Shown: one piece after another, positions 12,035-24,146 of the stretch
Numbering within the stretch: position 1 is the first letter of the stretch
Layout of the letters: each line of letters starts with the position of its first letter
NCBI GenBank assembly: GCA_963727895.1
Contig: CAVSHT010000003.1
Span: 1 to 64,000 of the forward strand
DNA: 64,000 nucleotides
Direction of reading: 5' to 3'
From: an uncultured Methanosarcinaceae archaeon
GTDB lineage: Archaea > Halobacteriota > Methanosarcinia > Methanosarcinales > Methanosarcinaceae
Position numbers and translations under genes: made by a program
The notes under the pieces: model-generated
Told to the model about the DNA's origin: nothing
The model's database searches: none
Seen by the model: the letters and a program-made list of their open reading frames with translations, nothing else

Positions 12035-12198
12035 GACAGTGTCGCGACTTTGCTGTAAACTCTAAGTTCAGTTTTTGTATACAGTAGGAAAAATTGATCT
12101 TCTGATATGGAATTTTTGACTCAAAAACTTTTTGAAATTTGTAATTTTACATAACTTATTTTACACTATCAATTTTACAGAAAACTCGCTACACTGCC
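12035..12198. mobile_element. MITE with G(G/A)CAGTGT ends (IS1-like termini)
   Basis: Reverse-complement similarity to 49885-50021; partial copy at about 53010-53071. Confidence 0.65.
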
Positions 12199-12465
12199 TT
12201 TTGCTTTCAACTAATAGAAGATAATTTTCTGCATAGTACAATTTTTGGTGATCATGTAACCTTTGAAGCTCCATGTACCAAAGGCCTATAATTGTATTAA
12301 TTTCTAAAATCGGCCTAAATTTAATTGAAATGAAATTTAAAAATCTATAAATCTATCATACTCTGCTACTGTGAGGACCCATTTTTACTAAAAAAATATA
12401 TATTTATATCATTATGTTTATGCAAACATAACGATTAATCCATAAAAAGTCTTGCAGGTATATCT

Positions 12466-13563
12466 ATGCGTGGTAAAATAGGTACGATATTACTTCTTTC
12501 TATTTTGATTCTGGCTGTTGCATCCTGCGGATGCACAGAAAATATGAATCAACAAACTGCCCAGAACGCTAGCACTACACATATTACTGACATGCTGGAT
12601 AGGCAGTTGACTGTGCCGGCAAATATCTCTTCAGTTGTAGCCACGTCTCCGCCCTCAACTATTCTAGTTTACATGCTTGCTCCGGAAAAACTTGCAGGCT
12701 GGAATTCCAAAAACAATATCACTAAACCTTTTATGGATAAAAATTACTCAAATTTGCCTGTAATAGGTGGCTGGTTTGGAACACAGACCGGGAGCTATGA
12801 AACCATAATCAATATGCATCCTAACATTGTAATTGAAGGGTACACCACAGATGGGGAAATCCATGAAGCTATAGAGCGCAGACAGGAGGATTTTGGAAGC
12901 ATTCCTGTTGTGGGAATCGATGACTCTATTATATTCGTAAACCAGTCTGATGCTACAATACAGTATGTGGGAAAACTGCTTAATTGTGAAAACCAGGCGA
13001 AAAAACTGATAGAATTCCGCAGTTCAATCCTTAACGAGATAAATGACACTGTAAAAAGCATTCCAGAAGACCAGAAAGTACGCGTTTATTATGCCGAAGG
13101 TCCAAAGGGATTAATGACTGATCCTTCAGGTTCTCAGCACTCTCAGGTTATTGATATCTGTGGTGGTATCAATGTTGCAGACTGTCAGCTTACACCAGGA
13201 AATGGAATGACACAGGTTTCAATAGAACAGATCCTAAAGTGGAATCCTCAGGTAATTCTCACATCAAATCCACAATTCTATTCAACAGTGTACTCTGACT
13301 CTACCTGGGCAAGTATAGATGCTGTAAAAAACAAACGAATATATCTTGCTCCTCAAAATCCTTTTTGCTGGATTGACAGACCACAGGGTCCTCATCTCAT
13401 AATCGGAACTGCCTGGACTGCAAAAATGCTGTATCCAGACCGCTTCAAAGATATGGATCTTCCCAATCTGACCCGTGAGTTCTACTCGGAATTCTTCCAC
13501 TATAACCTCACAGATAAAGAACTGAATTCACTACTTAACTCTTCAACAGAGGCTAAGACGTGA
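12466..13563 (+). CDS. Class III (FecB/BtuF/MolA-like) ABC substrate-binding lipoprotein
   Basis: Lipobox-like ASCGC; ITDMLDRQLTVP; VSIEQILKWNPQVI; WASIDAVKNKRIY; PFCWIDRP. Confidence 0.9.
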   Translation: MRGKIGTILLLSILILAVASCGCTENMNQQTAQNASTTHITDMLDRQLTVPANISSVVATSPPSTILVYMLAPEKLAGWNSKNNITKPFMDKNYSNLPVIGGWFGTQTGSYETIINMHPNIVIEGYTTDGEIHEAIERRQEDFGSIPVVGIDDSIIFVNQSDATIQYVGKLLNCENQAKKLIEFRSSILNEINDTVKSIPEDQKVRVYYAEGPKGLMTDPSGSQHSQVIDICGGINVADCQLTPGNGMTQVSIEQILKWNPQVILTSNPQFYSTVYSDSTWASIDAVKNKRIYLAPQNPFCWIDRPQGPHLIIGTAWTAKMLYPDRFKDMDLPNLTREFYSEFFHYNLTDKELNSLLNSSTEAKT

Positions 13564-14183
13564 GTGAGAAAGACAAATCACCGGATTTTCCCTATATTGC
13601 AGAGAATATCTTTGCTCCCATTTACCCTATAATAGCCACTAATATTGTCAAAAAAAGCGGAATAGAAGAAGGAATATGTCTTGACCTGGGATGCGGAATA
13701 GCATCCCTGGGAATCTCTGTTGCGGAAATCACAGAGATGCAGGTATATGGTATTGATATCTCAACTAAAATGTGCAGGCTTTCAAAAAACAAAGCTTTGA
13801 GCCACGGTCTTTCAGGTAAAGTTGTTCCTGTACAGTCTGATGTGCACCTGCTTCCTTTCAGGAATAACTGTGCAGACCTAATAGTAAGCCGAGGATCCGT
13901 ATTTTTCTGGAATGACCTGCCTGTTGCCTTTAAGGAAATCTCTCGTGTGCTTGCTCCAGGTGGGCAGGCATGGGTAGGAGGTGGTTTCGGCACAAAAGAG
14001 TTGAGAGCACAGATTTCAGAACAGATGGTTGAAATAGATCCGGATTGGCATACCAATTCAAAAGAACGTCTCAGTCAAAAAAACCTTCAGGCAATACAGG
14101 AAGCTGGAAGGCAGACTGAGATTCCCTGCCATGTAGTGCAGGATGACTCGGGGTTTTGGATGGTATTAAGCAAGGAAGGTTAA
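13560..14183 (+). CDS. Class I SAM-dependent methyltransferase
   Basis: CLDLGCG, DLIVSRGSVFFW, RVLAPGG; overlaps the upstream stop codon. Confidence 0.92.
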   Translation: MSEKDKSPDFPYIAENIFAPIYPIIATNIVKKSGIEEGICLDLGCGIASLGISVAEITEMQVYGIDISTKMCRLSKNKALSHGLSGKVVPVQSDVHLLPFRNNCADLIVSRGSVFFWNDLPVAFKEISRVLAPGGQAWVGGGFGTKELRAQISEQMVEIDPDWHTNSKERLSQKNLQAIQEAGRQTEIPCHVVQDDSGFWMVLSKEG

Positions 14184-14185
14184 AA

Positions 14186-15958
14186 ATGAAGTGCAATGTG
14201 TGCGAATTCAGGTGTGAACTCGATGAATACAGTAAAGGAAGATGCGGGAACTACTTATGTAAAGGTGATACTATCATCCAAGACCCTGATATCGGATACC
14301 TTGGAGCATATCCTGTTTCTATAGAGACCATTCCCTTACTTCATTACTATCCCTCAGGTAAATTCCTTCAGGTTTTCAGTATTGGATGCAATTTTCAGTG
14401 TTCCGGCTGTGTGGCTCGCTTGCTAGCATCAGGGAAATCGCTTGATATTTCTGTCCTTACCCCATCTCAGGTAGTGGAAAGAGCAGTGCAGCAGAAGTGT
14501 CTGGGCGTAGTTTCCACACTCAATGAACCTGCTGCAAACTATTATCTGTTCAAAGATCTTGCGATAAAGGCAAAAGAAAGAGGTTTACTGGTAGGCTGTT
14601 CCACAAACTGCTATTTCACAGATGAAACCCTGGAAGAGCTTGGAAAGTTTGTAGATTTCATGAATGTAGGAATAAAAGGTTATTCTGATAAGAGCTACAT
14701 AAATTGCGGAGTTCCGTCCTCTGAACCTGTTTTCCGTAATATTTCTCGACTTTTTGATATGGGTGTGCATGTTGAAACATCAGTCGTTTACTTAAAGGGA
14801 AATGAAGACGATGTGATAAATGTTGTCAAAGCATTGTCTGATATTTCCCCTACAATTCCTGTTCAGGTAATGAGATTTATTCCTTTTGGGGATGCTCCGA
14901 TTGAACTTGAACCCTCTGTAGGAGAGGCAGAGAGCCTGTGTACCGCTCTGCGTAAATATGTAGATTATGTTTATCTCTTCAATTCTCCAGGTACGGAATC
15001 ATTAAATACGTACTGTCCCGAGTGTGGTAGTCTTCTTACAGAAAGGGAGTTTTACGGGCCTATGGGTGCCAAGCCTTTAAAACCCTGGATAAATTACTCC
15101 TGCACTTGCGGGAAAAGTATCCCGGTCAAAGGAACAACTGCGACTGAAATCTTTAACGAAGAAGGTTTTATGGGTGGTTACAGGATAAGTCGAGCTTTCA
15201 GTATGGTTCATGCAATACTTATATGTCTGGGCATACTGGATGATCACAGGTTAATTGAAATCTGGGGGAAAGTCTCCAATCCCGAAACCCTAAGGCAAAT
15301 ACACCAGGTAGTACAACAGCCATATTCTTATCTTGAGTTCATCAGGCTTATTGCTGAAAAAGCAAATGTACCGGAAAAAGGTGAAGAACTTATTTCATAT
15401 ATCCGCGAACGTCTGGAAATTGTCGAATCTCTTGCAGAGGAAAATAGTGGTCATAAAGTTTATTATTGTATGGGCTCTCCTCTTTTTGCTCTGAATGCTG
15501 GAAGAATGGAAAATAATCTTGTGGCGTTTTCTGGGGGAGTAAGTATTAATAAACAGATTCAAAAAGAAGGCAAACCAGGTGTAAATGTTTCTCCCTTGTT
15601 TATAAATGAGCAGAATCCGAAAACTATTTTTATTTCAGGTTTTCTTTCCCGTCCTCTCGATGAGTTCTATGACCTTTGCCAGCAATACAGTATATGTGCA
15701 GATGCGGTAAAAGAGCATCGGATCTATGAAATTCCTCCTTCTTGGGATTTCGGAAATCCACGCTGGATACTTGGACTTATGTACATAGCCAACAAATTAA
15801 ATCCAGAAAACTCAGCAATTGACCTGAAAAAGGAAGCAAATGAATTTTATCTACGGTTTTATGGCATACCGTTTGAAGAAGTAAAACCTAATAGATCTTT
15901 TCACAGACCTTCTTCCGGTATCTGGCCCAAAAACGTAGTGAGGTATTCTGATGCATGA
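14186..15958 (+). CDS. Radical SAM protein (AmmeMemoRadiSam/PFL-activase-like N-terminus) fused to a binding-protein-like C-terminal domain
   Basis: CNVCEFRC...GRCG; GCNFQCSGC (CxxxCxxC); TYCPECG; the C-terminus KVYY...AVKEHRIY..WDFGNPRWILGLMYIANKL resembles the upstream SBP. Confidence 0.85.
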   Translation: MKCNVCEFRCELDEYSKGRCGNYLCKGDTIIQDPDIGYLGAYPVSIETIPLLHYYPSGKFLQVFSIGCNFQCSGCVARLLASGKSLDISVLTPSQVVERAVQQKCLGVVSTLNEPAANYYLFKDLAIKAKERGLLVGCSTNCYFTDETLEELGKFVDFMNVGIKGYSDKSYINCGVPSSEPVFRNISRLFDMGVHVETSVVYLKGNEDDVINVVKALSDISPTIPVQVMRFIPFGDAPIELEPSVGEAESLCTALRKYVDYVYLFNSPGTESLNTYCPECGSLLTEREFYGPMGAKPLKPWINYSCTCGKSIPVKGTTATEIFNEEGFMGGYRISRAFSMVHAILICLGILDDHRLIEIWGKVSNPETLRQIHQVVQQPYSYLEFIRLIAEKANVPEKGEELISYIRERLEIVESLAEENSGHKVYYCMGSPLFALNAGRMENNLVAFSGGVSINKQIQKEGKPGVNVSPLFINEQNPKTIFISGFLSRPLDEFYDLCQQYSICADAVKEHRIYEIPPSWDFGNPRWILGLMYIANKLNPENSAIDLKKEANEFYLRFYGIPFEEVKPNRSFHRPSSGIWPKNVVRYSDA

Positions 15959-16970
15959 TTACAGATGTAGTCGCATTACTCTGGTATATCTGTTACCCTT
16001 TGTATTACTTATAATATCTCTTTTTATATGAAGATACCAGACTCCTCTATCAGATGTTTTAAGTGAGAGTGGAAGAGCTTTCTTATCTCTTTTTTTTGGT
16101 ACTCCTGCTTCAGTTTCCGATCAACATACTGTACTTTTCAATGTAAGGTTGCCAAGGATACTCGCAGCTTTACTGGTGGGATCAGCTCTTTCCATAGCTG
16201 GAGCTTCTTTTCAGGGAATATTTCGCAATCCTCTTGTGTCTCCTGATATACTTGGAGTGGGAGCTGGAGCTGGTTTTGGAGCATGCCTTGCAATCCTGCT
16301 CTGGAATAGTTATATGTTTATACAATTGATGGCTTTTGCCTTTGGACTCTTAGCGATGTTTATTGCTATAAGTATGGGTAAAGCCAGCAAAGGTACTGGA
16401 ACTCTGGTATTTGTGCTTTCAGGAATTATTGTTGGTTCGATTTTCACGGCTCTTACGTCACTGGCAAAATACGTGGCAGATCCTTATGATCAACTTCCTG
16501 CAATCGTTTTCTGGCTTATGGGAAGTCTTTCCACTGTAAGGTATACTGATTTACTCTACATATTATTGCCAATATTTATTGGCACTCTTGTACTGCTTCT
16601 TCTCAGGTGGCGTATCAACATTCTGTCTCTAGGGGACGAGGAAGCTAAAGCTCTTGGAATGGATGTGGAAAAAATGCGCCTGATCATAATTGTTTGTGCA
16701 ACCCTTGTAACTTCAGCAGCAGTCAGTATCAGTGGTGTCATTGGCTGGGTAGGACTGGTTGTACCCCATATCTCAAGAATGATGGTAGGTCCCAATTATA
16801 ACCGCCTTTTGCCTATGAGCATGGTTATTGGAGCATCGTTTATGTTGATTGTGGATGACCTTTCAAGGACTATTGCAGCTACAGAAATTCCCCTGGGAAT
16901 CCTTACTGCTCTGGTAGGAGCTCCACTGTTTGCATATCTTGTTAAGAAGGGGAGGATGGGATGGAACTGA
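15951..16970 (+). pseudogene. FecCD/BtuC-family ABC permease with a premature stop
   Basis: ATG 15951 is in frame with the 16149 ORF; TGA at 16029-16031 in SLFI*RY (expected G); RLPR, FRNPLVSPD and GWVGLVVPH motifs. Confidence 0.85.
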
Positions 16971-17733
16971 TGTTGGAAGTAGAGTCCCTTTCTTTCTCTT
17001 ATGGAAACAAGCCAGTCTTTGAAAATGTATCGTTTTCACTAAAAAAGGCGAGATCATGTGTATTCTGGGCCCAAATGGAGCAGGAAAATCTACACTTATC
17101 AAATGTGTTGCAGGAATTCTCAAATCTACTGTCGGATCTATCTATATTCAAGGAGAAGATACAGCTTCTCTTGGTGTAAGAGGTATTGCTAGGCATATAG
17201 GATATGTACCACAGCAGAATGAAGTGGTTTTTCCATTTACCGTATTGGATTTTGTAGTTATGGGACGTGCTCCGCATCTTTCCATGTTTGAATCCCCTGG
17301 CGCCGACGATATTAAACTTGCAAAAGAATCGCTTGCAATGGTAGGAATTTCCAATCTTGCAGAAAGACCGGTTTCCAACCTCAGTGGAGGACAGAGCCAA
17401 ATGGTGCTTATTGCTAGAGCTCTTGTCCAAAAGCCTTCTTTGCTTTTGCTGGATGAACCAACTTCTCACCTTGATTTTGGAAACCAGATCCTTGTGCTGG
17501 AAACTGTCAGAAAACTTGCTTCACTTGGGATGTCTATTATAATGAATACTCATATGCCAGACCATGCTTTTCTTTTAGGTGACAAGGCTGCAGCACTAGC
17601 TGGAGGTAAACTGGTTGCGGTCGGAAAGGTTGAAACTGTAGTGACCAACAAAACGATGTCTTTACTATATGGAGTAAATGTAGCTGTCAGGGAAATTGAA
17701 GATATGAAAAGAAAAGTGTGTTTACCTTTTTAA
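16961..17733 (+). pseudogene. ABC transporter ATPase, frameshifted at an A-run near 17041-17046
   Basis: N-terminus LEVESLSFSYG in one frame; GPNGAGKST, LSGGQ and LLLDEPT in another. Confidence 0.85.
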
Positions 17734-17967
17734 AGTGAATAAACCAAGAATTAATTTTGTTCTTTTTGGTTCTGCCGAATTCATAATAGCTCTAATAAAG
17801 AATCATAATAAACAGGTGTTCTAAGAATTAGAAAATCAGCTAAGAATTTGAAAATCAATTTTGAGGATAAAAGTTTATTTTTATGCAAGAATTCAGTTGA
17901 TTAACCTGTTATAAAAGTTAAACTTAAGGCCATAAGTTAAGGAAATGTAAAGTTAAGGAGATGTAGT

Positions 17968-18759
17968 ATGATAGATTTATTTGAACTATACTTTTACGAA
18001 GATTGTCCATATCAGGATGAAAGTGTTGAATTGCTAGGAATAAGAGGGAAAGGCACCTTAAAAATTACTTCAAGAGAAGCAGGAGTTTGCGCCTGTGCAG
18101 AGGATTTGGCTGACTATTATGAGAAAAAAGGTGTAAAAGTTCTCAAATTTCTTGAAGACGGCAGCAAGTTCAATCCAGGAGACAAAATATTTGAGGCTGA
18201 AGGCGACTTGAAACTCTTGTTCAGGTTGTGGAGGGTTTCTCAGACATTTCTTTCGCTTATGTGCGCCATTGCCGGAAAAACCGCTTCCATTGTGAAAGCA
18301 GGAAGAAAAGAAAACTCTGACCTTATTATTGCAACGACAAGAAAGACTCATCCAGGAACCAGAAAATTTGAGCTTAAAGCTGTCCGAGCAGGTGGAGGAG
18401 ATATTCACAGAAACTCCCTTAGCGATTCCATCCAGATTAGCCAGAACCATTTCGAAGTGGCTGGTGAATTGGGAAAACTCCGGGCTATGAAAAAAATAGA
18501 AATCGAACCAAGATCGCGAAAAGAAGCTCTTAGATATGCAAAAGATGCAGATATAATGCTCCTGGATCACATATCCCCCGAGGAATTGAAAAAGGTCGGG
18601 CCAGAACTTAAACAACTCAATTCCAAACTTGAGCTCGCAGTTGGGGGAATTGAAGCAACGAAGATTCTTGAATACGCTCATTTTGTGGATATTATTGTAA
18701 TAAGTGCTCCCTATTATGCAAAACCTCTTGATTTAACAACAAAAATAGAAAAACTCTAA
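17968..18759 (+). CDS. ModD-like / quinolinate phosphoribosyltransferase-family protein
   Basis: EDCPYQD, TTRKTHPG, AVRAGGG..HR..LSDSI, MLLDH. Confidence 0.8.
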   Translation: MIDLFELYFYEDCPYQDESVELLGIRGKGTLKITSREAGVCACAEDLADYYEKKGVKVLKFLEDGSKFNPGDKIFEAEGDLKLLFRLWRVSQTFLSLMCAIAGKTASIVKAGRKENSDLIIATTRKTHPGTRKFELKAVRAGGGDIHRNSLSDSIQISQNHFEVAGELGKLRAMKKIEIEPRSRKEALRYAKDADIMLLDHISPEELKKVGPELKQLNSKLELAVGGIEATKILEYAHFVDIIVISAPYYAKPLDLTTKIEKL

Positions 18760-18832
18760 AAAACAGAGAATAGATGAGTACTCAAAAAGGAACACGGGGT
18801 CTTAATTTAATATCCAGACGCTAAATGTGGTT

Positions 18833-19074
18833 GTTCTGTTGCAAAAAATCATAATAAGGATTCAATTGAATAGGGAGAAAATTAATAGAACGATAATATG
18901 CTATCTAATTCCTTTAAGTGGAAACATTACGAAGGAGAAATCATTTTATTAAACGTCAGATGGTACCTAAAATATCCATTAAGTTATCGAAATTTAAAGG
19001 AAATGATGATAGAAAGAGGAATTCAAGTTGATTACAGTACTATCATGAGATGGGTACATCAATATTCTCCTGAA
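18833..19074 (+). mobile_element. IS6 left-end fragment (truncated transposase 18898-19074)
   Basis: Left IR plus the first ~59 codons of the transposase. Confidence 0.85.
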
Positions 19075-19245
19075 ACGCTCATGAGTCGTTGACTCATGCA
19101 TGAAGCATGAAAAACTTTCATTATCTTATTTATCCTTCTTAACTTGTTATGGGCAGAGAAGGCTGTTTTCTATTTGTGACTTGATCTCGTTCCTGAAACT
19201 AAGCCATCTTACTCTCGAATGTATGAATGCTGTCTTAGAACGCGT

Positions 19246-20069
19246 ATAAGAAATAAAAATGAAATCAAAGATAGTGATATGCTATCTAATTCCTTTAAAT
19301 GGAAGCACTTTGTTGGTGAAATTATCTTATTGAATGTTAGATGGTACTTAAAATACCCACTTAGTTATAGAAATTTAAAGGAAATGATGACAGAAAGAGG
19401 GGTAATAGTTAACCATACGACCATTATGAGATGGGTACATCAATATTCACCTGAAATCGAAAAGAAGGTCAGAAGGCATTTAAGACCAACAAACGACTCT
19501 TGGAGAGTTGATGAAACTTACATCAGAGTTAAAGGTGAATGGAAATATTTTTACCGAGCAGTTGACTCAAATGGAGATACAATTGATTTCATGTTAAGTG
19601 CAAAACGAGACCAAAAAGCAGCGAATAGATTCTTCAAAAAAGCTTTGAACTCTAATCATAATCAAATTCCAAGAGTAATCACAGTTGACAAAAATCCAGC
19701 TTATCCACCTGCTATAGATAAACTATAAAATGACAAAATACTACCTAGAAACACAGGCATTCGACAAATCAAATATTTGAATAACATTATAGAACAAGAT
19801 CATAGATTCATTAAATGGGTAGTTAATCCAATGTTAGGATTTCAGTCTTTTCGATCTGCTAATAAAACTTTAAAAGGAATTGAAGCGATGAATATGATTA
19901 AAAAAGGACAAGTCAAGAATCTAAATTACTCTGGTTTTAATGAAGCTAAATATATTAATCAATTATTTGGAATAGTTCTATAATATTGATACATCTTATT
20001 GAATATTTTAACTTTTGTTTATTGATTATGGATTTACATGCTTATTCTGAGATTTTTTGCAACGGAACC
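19246..20069 (+). pseudogene. IS6 transposase (19279-19983) with a nonsense codon, plus right IR
   Basis: DKL*ND instead of DKLKND; right IR ends at 20069. Confidence 0.9.
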
Positions 20070-20336
20070 CCATCGCAGATACTATGATTTGTAAATACGT
20101 TTGTGTTGCAAAAATTTTCGTCTCGTACTTTGAGGCTATAATTGATACCTTTATGTATCATTTTTCTGGGGATGAGAATTATTAATTTGCCTAAATGTGT
20201 ATACTCTAGGACTTATGCAGTTGGATTGAGAAATCAATAGCATTAAACCTTTAGCTGTCTAAGATATAAATTTAAACTACAGTGTTTGATGTAATTGATT
20301 TTGTACCTCAAGTGCTATGTCCTAATCTTTTAAAGA

Positions 20337-22764
20337 TCAACCCCTCCGGTCCATTATCTCATAATACTTCACTTTCATAAAATCGGTTATAACAAAAGTC
20401 GCAAGGGCATAGATCCAGACAAAACTCGCCAGTTTCCATCCTATGGGAGATATGTAGAATCCATACACTGCAACGAGTGTTGCCAACACTTTTGTAACTA
20501 CCGCAGCCCAAAAAAGAAGCTTTCCCGGAGGGGGGGACCAGAAGTGCCCCCTGTTGCGGGCAACGAATATGGTCAGGTGTCCGGCTATTGCAAGTTTCAG
20601 GAAAATAAAAGACTGAAGCACATCTGGACTGAGGTAAAGAATTCTGGCTCCTATATAGTATATTACAAACGAAGCAATCACACCTATAATTCCCAGAAAT
20701 GTGGATATCCTCAGGACTTCACGCATGTTCCATTCTTCTGGTTCTTGGGAATAATGTACATTATCATATGCAATAGCCATTATAGGAGCATCGTTGAAAA
20801 GAGCGAGCAAAACGATCATTACAGCAGTTACGGGATAAAAATTAAACACAATTATTGTAGTGGCAATAAAGAAAAGCACCCGGACAGTCTCGGCAATTCT
20901 ATAGATGGAATAGGTCTTCATCCTCTGGAATATCTTTCGACTTTCCTTAATTGCATTAATAATGACCGAGAGACCTGAAATTGTAAACACAATATCTGCA
21001 GCGGATTTTGCAGCGTCAGTAGCCCCAGCAACAGCAATTCCTGCATCAGCCATTTTCAGGGCAGGGACGTCGTTGACTCCATCACCTGTCATGCCGACGA
21101 TATGTTCTTTTTTCTGAAGGAGTTCAACGATCTTGTATTTGTGCTCGGGAAAGACCTGGGCAAAACCGTCTGCCTTCTCTACAATTTCTTGGGCTTCAGA
21201 ATCAGATTTTCCTACAAAATCGTCAGCTGTAATTATGTCCGTGCCTAGGCCTACCTGGCTTGCTATCTCTCTGGCAATGGCTATGTGATCTCCAGTTACC
21301 ATTTTCACTTCTACTTTAAGGGAATTTGCTGTCTTTATGGTCTCAGCGGAATCTTCATGCGGTGGGTCATAAAGTCCCAGAAGCCCTGCAAACCTGTATT
21401 TTCCCTTCTCTTCCACACACACCCCCAGGGCACGATATCCCTTTGAAGCCAGAGAATCTACTTTTTCTTTTATTTGCTGTCCTATTTCTTCTTTATCACT
21501 TGACATGTCCAGAATAACCTGAGGAGCGCCTTTGGCAACTTTTAACTTTCCTTCAGGCCCTTCAACCGTAGCCTCGGTATGCTTTATGACAGGGTCAAAT
21601 GGTGTGAATTTCTTGACTGTATAAGTTTCTATTTTTTTTAAGGGATTCTGTGTCTTTTGCCTTCTGGAGGATTGCATTATCAATCGGGTCATTGTCCTCT
21701 TCCCTTGAAGCCAGAGAACCATAGATCAGAAGGTCATTTTCTTTAAAGTTTCCGAAAGGCACGAATTCAGACAATTTTATTTTGTTTTGGGTGATTGTGC
21801 CGGTTTTATCTGAACATAGAACGTCCATCCCGGCCATTTCTTCTATAGAGACCAGTTTACTGACAATGGCTCCTTTTTTTGCGAGTTCAGTGGCTCCCAC
21901 TGCCATTGAGACGGACATTACAGCAGGAAGAGCTGCCGGAATTGCAGCTACGACCAGCACAAGAGCAAACTGGAGGGTTTCCAGAAAAGGAGTGTGCCTG
22001 AAAAGCTCTACCAGTAAAACAACCGCAACAATACAGCCTGCAAGGACGATTAGGTAGTTTCCGATTTTAAGGACTGCTTGTTGGAAGTGGCTCCTGGTCT
22101 TAATCTCGGCTATCAGTTTGGTTGTCTCTCCAAAATAGGTATTCATGCCCGTAGCCACAACCAGTCCGTTCATCTCCCCTTTCTGGATAACGGACCCTGA
22201 ATAAGCAATGCCATCAGATTTTTTCTCTACAGGCAGGGATTCTCCTGTAAGGGCTGATTCATCTACCTGCAAATATTCTCCTTCGAGGAGCTTAAGGTCG
22301 GCAGGCACAATATCTCCTGAGCGTATGCGGACTACGTCTCCTGGAATCAGTTCCCGTGCAGGTATTTGAGTCCATTGTCCTCCTCTGAGTACCTTGGCAT
22401 TCAGGGCCAGTTTTTGCTTAAGGAGTTCAATGGCATTGTCAGCCTTGTATTCCTGCCAGAACCCCACAACTCCGTTTAGGACCAGGAGCAAGGATATTAT
22501 AACCAGATCTTCCCATTTATGTATAAGTCCTGAAATTACAGCTGCGATTTCGATCATCCATGGAATGGGCCCCCAAAAATAACTTAAAAATTTTTTAAGA
22601 GGGTTGATCTTTTTTTCTTCAAGTTCATTAAAACCATACTGCTTAAGCCGGTTCTCGGCCTCCAATGAAGAAAGTCCCTTGTTACTAGAATCAAGTTTTT
22701 TCAGGACTTCATTTGCAGGCAAATCCTTTATTTCATCAATTTTGAGCTTCACATTTTCTTCCAT
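20337..22764 (-). pseudogene. Plasma-membrane-type H+-exporting P-type ATPase, frameshifted
   Basis: DESALTGES, IPAALP, CSDKTGT, KGAP, MVTGD and MTGDGVND motifs; frame switch at the T8 run 21632-21639. Confidence 0.92.
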
Positions 22765-23975
22765 AAATAGACCCCCGCCCAATCCGTGATTTCTCTCTAA
22801 TCAAAAATGCTCAAAATACTGACGATTTCAGAAAGACACTGAATCATATCAATTATTGAATTTTACTTTAGGTTTATTTTTCCCATCAACCTCTTCCTTT
22901 GAACCTTTCCTTTTCTCGGCTTCGTTTTTAAGAGCAGATTTTTGAATAATTTTTAAAAAGCTGATGTATTTTTTGCAATTGTAAACCTATATCATAAACA
23001 AAATCAAATTCCCATTTCTAACATAGAAGCGGACAAAATAAAAATATATGACATAATTTTATTAATTAGAGAGTGCAGAGGGTCACGAATACCCCGCTCT
23101 TGCAGGACTCTAGACGAAGAACTAATAGAAGATCTTCAAATCAGGGGGTACAAGGGTAGAGAAGGATGTTACTATCCCAAATTTGACAACAGCATAAATA
23201 TTATAATAAAAAAATGTGCTTCATGCTTCTGTTTTCTTTATATAATTGTAATTTCCATGCGATGTTCTTTGATTTTTGATATTTATCATGTTACCTAACG
23301 GTAATATGTCGATGTAATGTGTTTTTCTTAATAAAATACCATATCAATTAATGGAATCTGTCAAATTCGGGTTACTATCATAGTTCATTCGCAACCACAG
23401 GAAGGAGCCGATGACGGGGCAGACAATGAAGGGAAAATAAAGAAGTTGATAGATGAGTTTGTTAAAAGACATGAGCAGCTTAACAAACTGGCAGAACAGA
23501 TCAAGAATACAAAAAGGAATTCATGCGTCTTCGGTTAAGTGAGGAATCGTGACAAATTGCGTCAATTTCTTTTACATTTGTAAAATATGTTTATAGATCC
23601 TGAGCTGGAACAGGATATCGATTTGATGTAGATAAACCAAGATTTAAGGCAGGCTTCTAGTGCAAAATCGATAGCTTTCAGGCAAGAAAATTCCTTAACC
23701 GATGACCAATGAAAAGGAATTATATCATAGGCTGAATAGCTACGATTTCGTAGTTCAACTATGTAATTCCATTGACAATTACGTGATCCTTCACTGCCTT
23801 TTACCTGCAGATTAAAGGAAAAACACGCTGTAGATGGATAAAATGGACTCCTAATAAAATAGGATAGAGAGATTTTTGGGAAAGCGACCCGAATGAAGTA
23901 ACATATATCTTGTATCGAAGAAAAATAGTAGATATAACTATAATTATAAAAATCGGGATGAAATGGGGAGTGTTC

Positions 23976-24146
23976 ATGAACAATACAAATTCGACCTTAT
24001 CTACGGAAACAGATGCAGTTTGCAAAATGGAAGTCAATAAAAGAAAAGCAAAATTCACGAGTGAGTATAAGGGAAAAGCGTACTATTTATGCTCTCTTTC
24101 CTGTAAGGAGGAATTCGATGAAAATCCGGAAAAGTACGTAAATTTC
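23976..24146 (+). CDS. YHS-domain protein; 3' end fused to a MITE
   Basis: DAVCKMEV...SEYKGKAYYLCSLSCKEEFDENPEKY. Confidence 0.85.

Noticed and set aside
16029..16031. TGA in the permease as selenocysteine recoding
   Set aside because: It falls at an expected Gly (GGA to TGA), Methanosarcina are not known to use Sec, and the adjacent ATPase is also broken
18070..18681. 203 aa minus-strand ORF
   Set aside because: Antisense to the ModD-like gene, with no recognisable motifs
20208..20324. Degenerate AGGACTTAYGCAGTTG-type IS ends (also at about 26527)
   Set aside because: Probably another MITE relic, but the IRs are too degraded to delimit confidently
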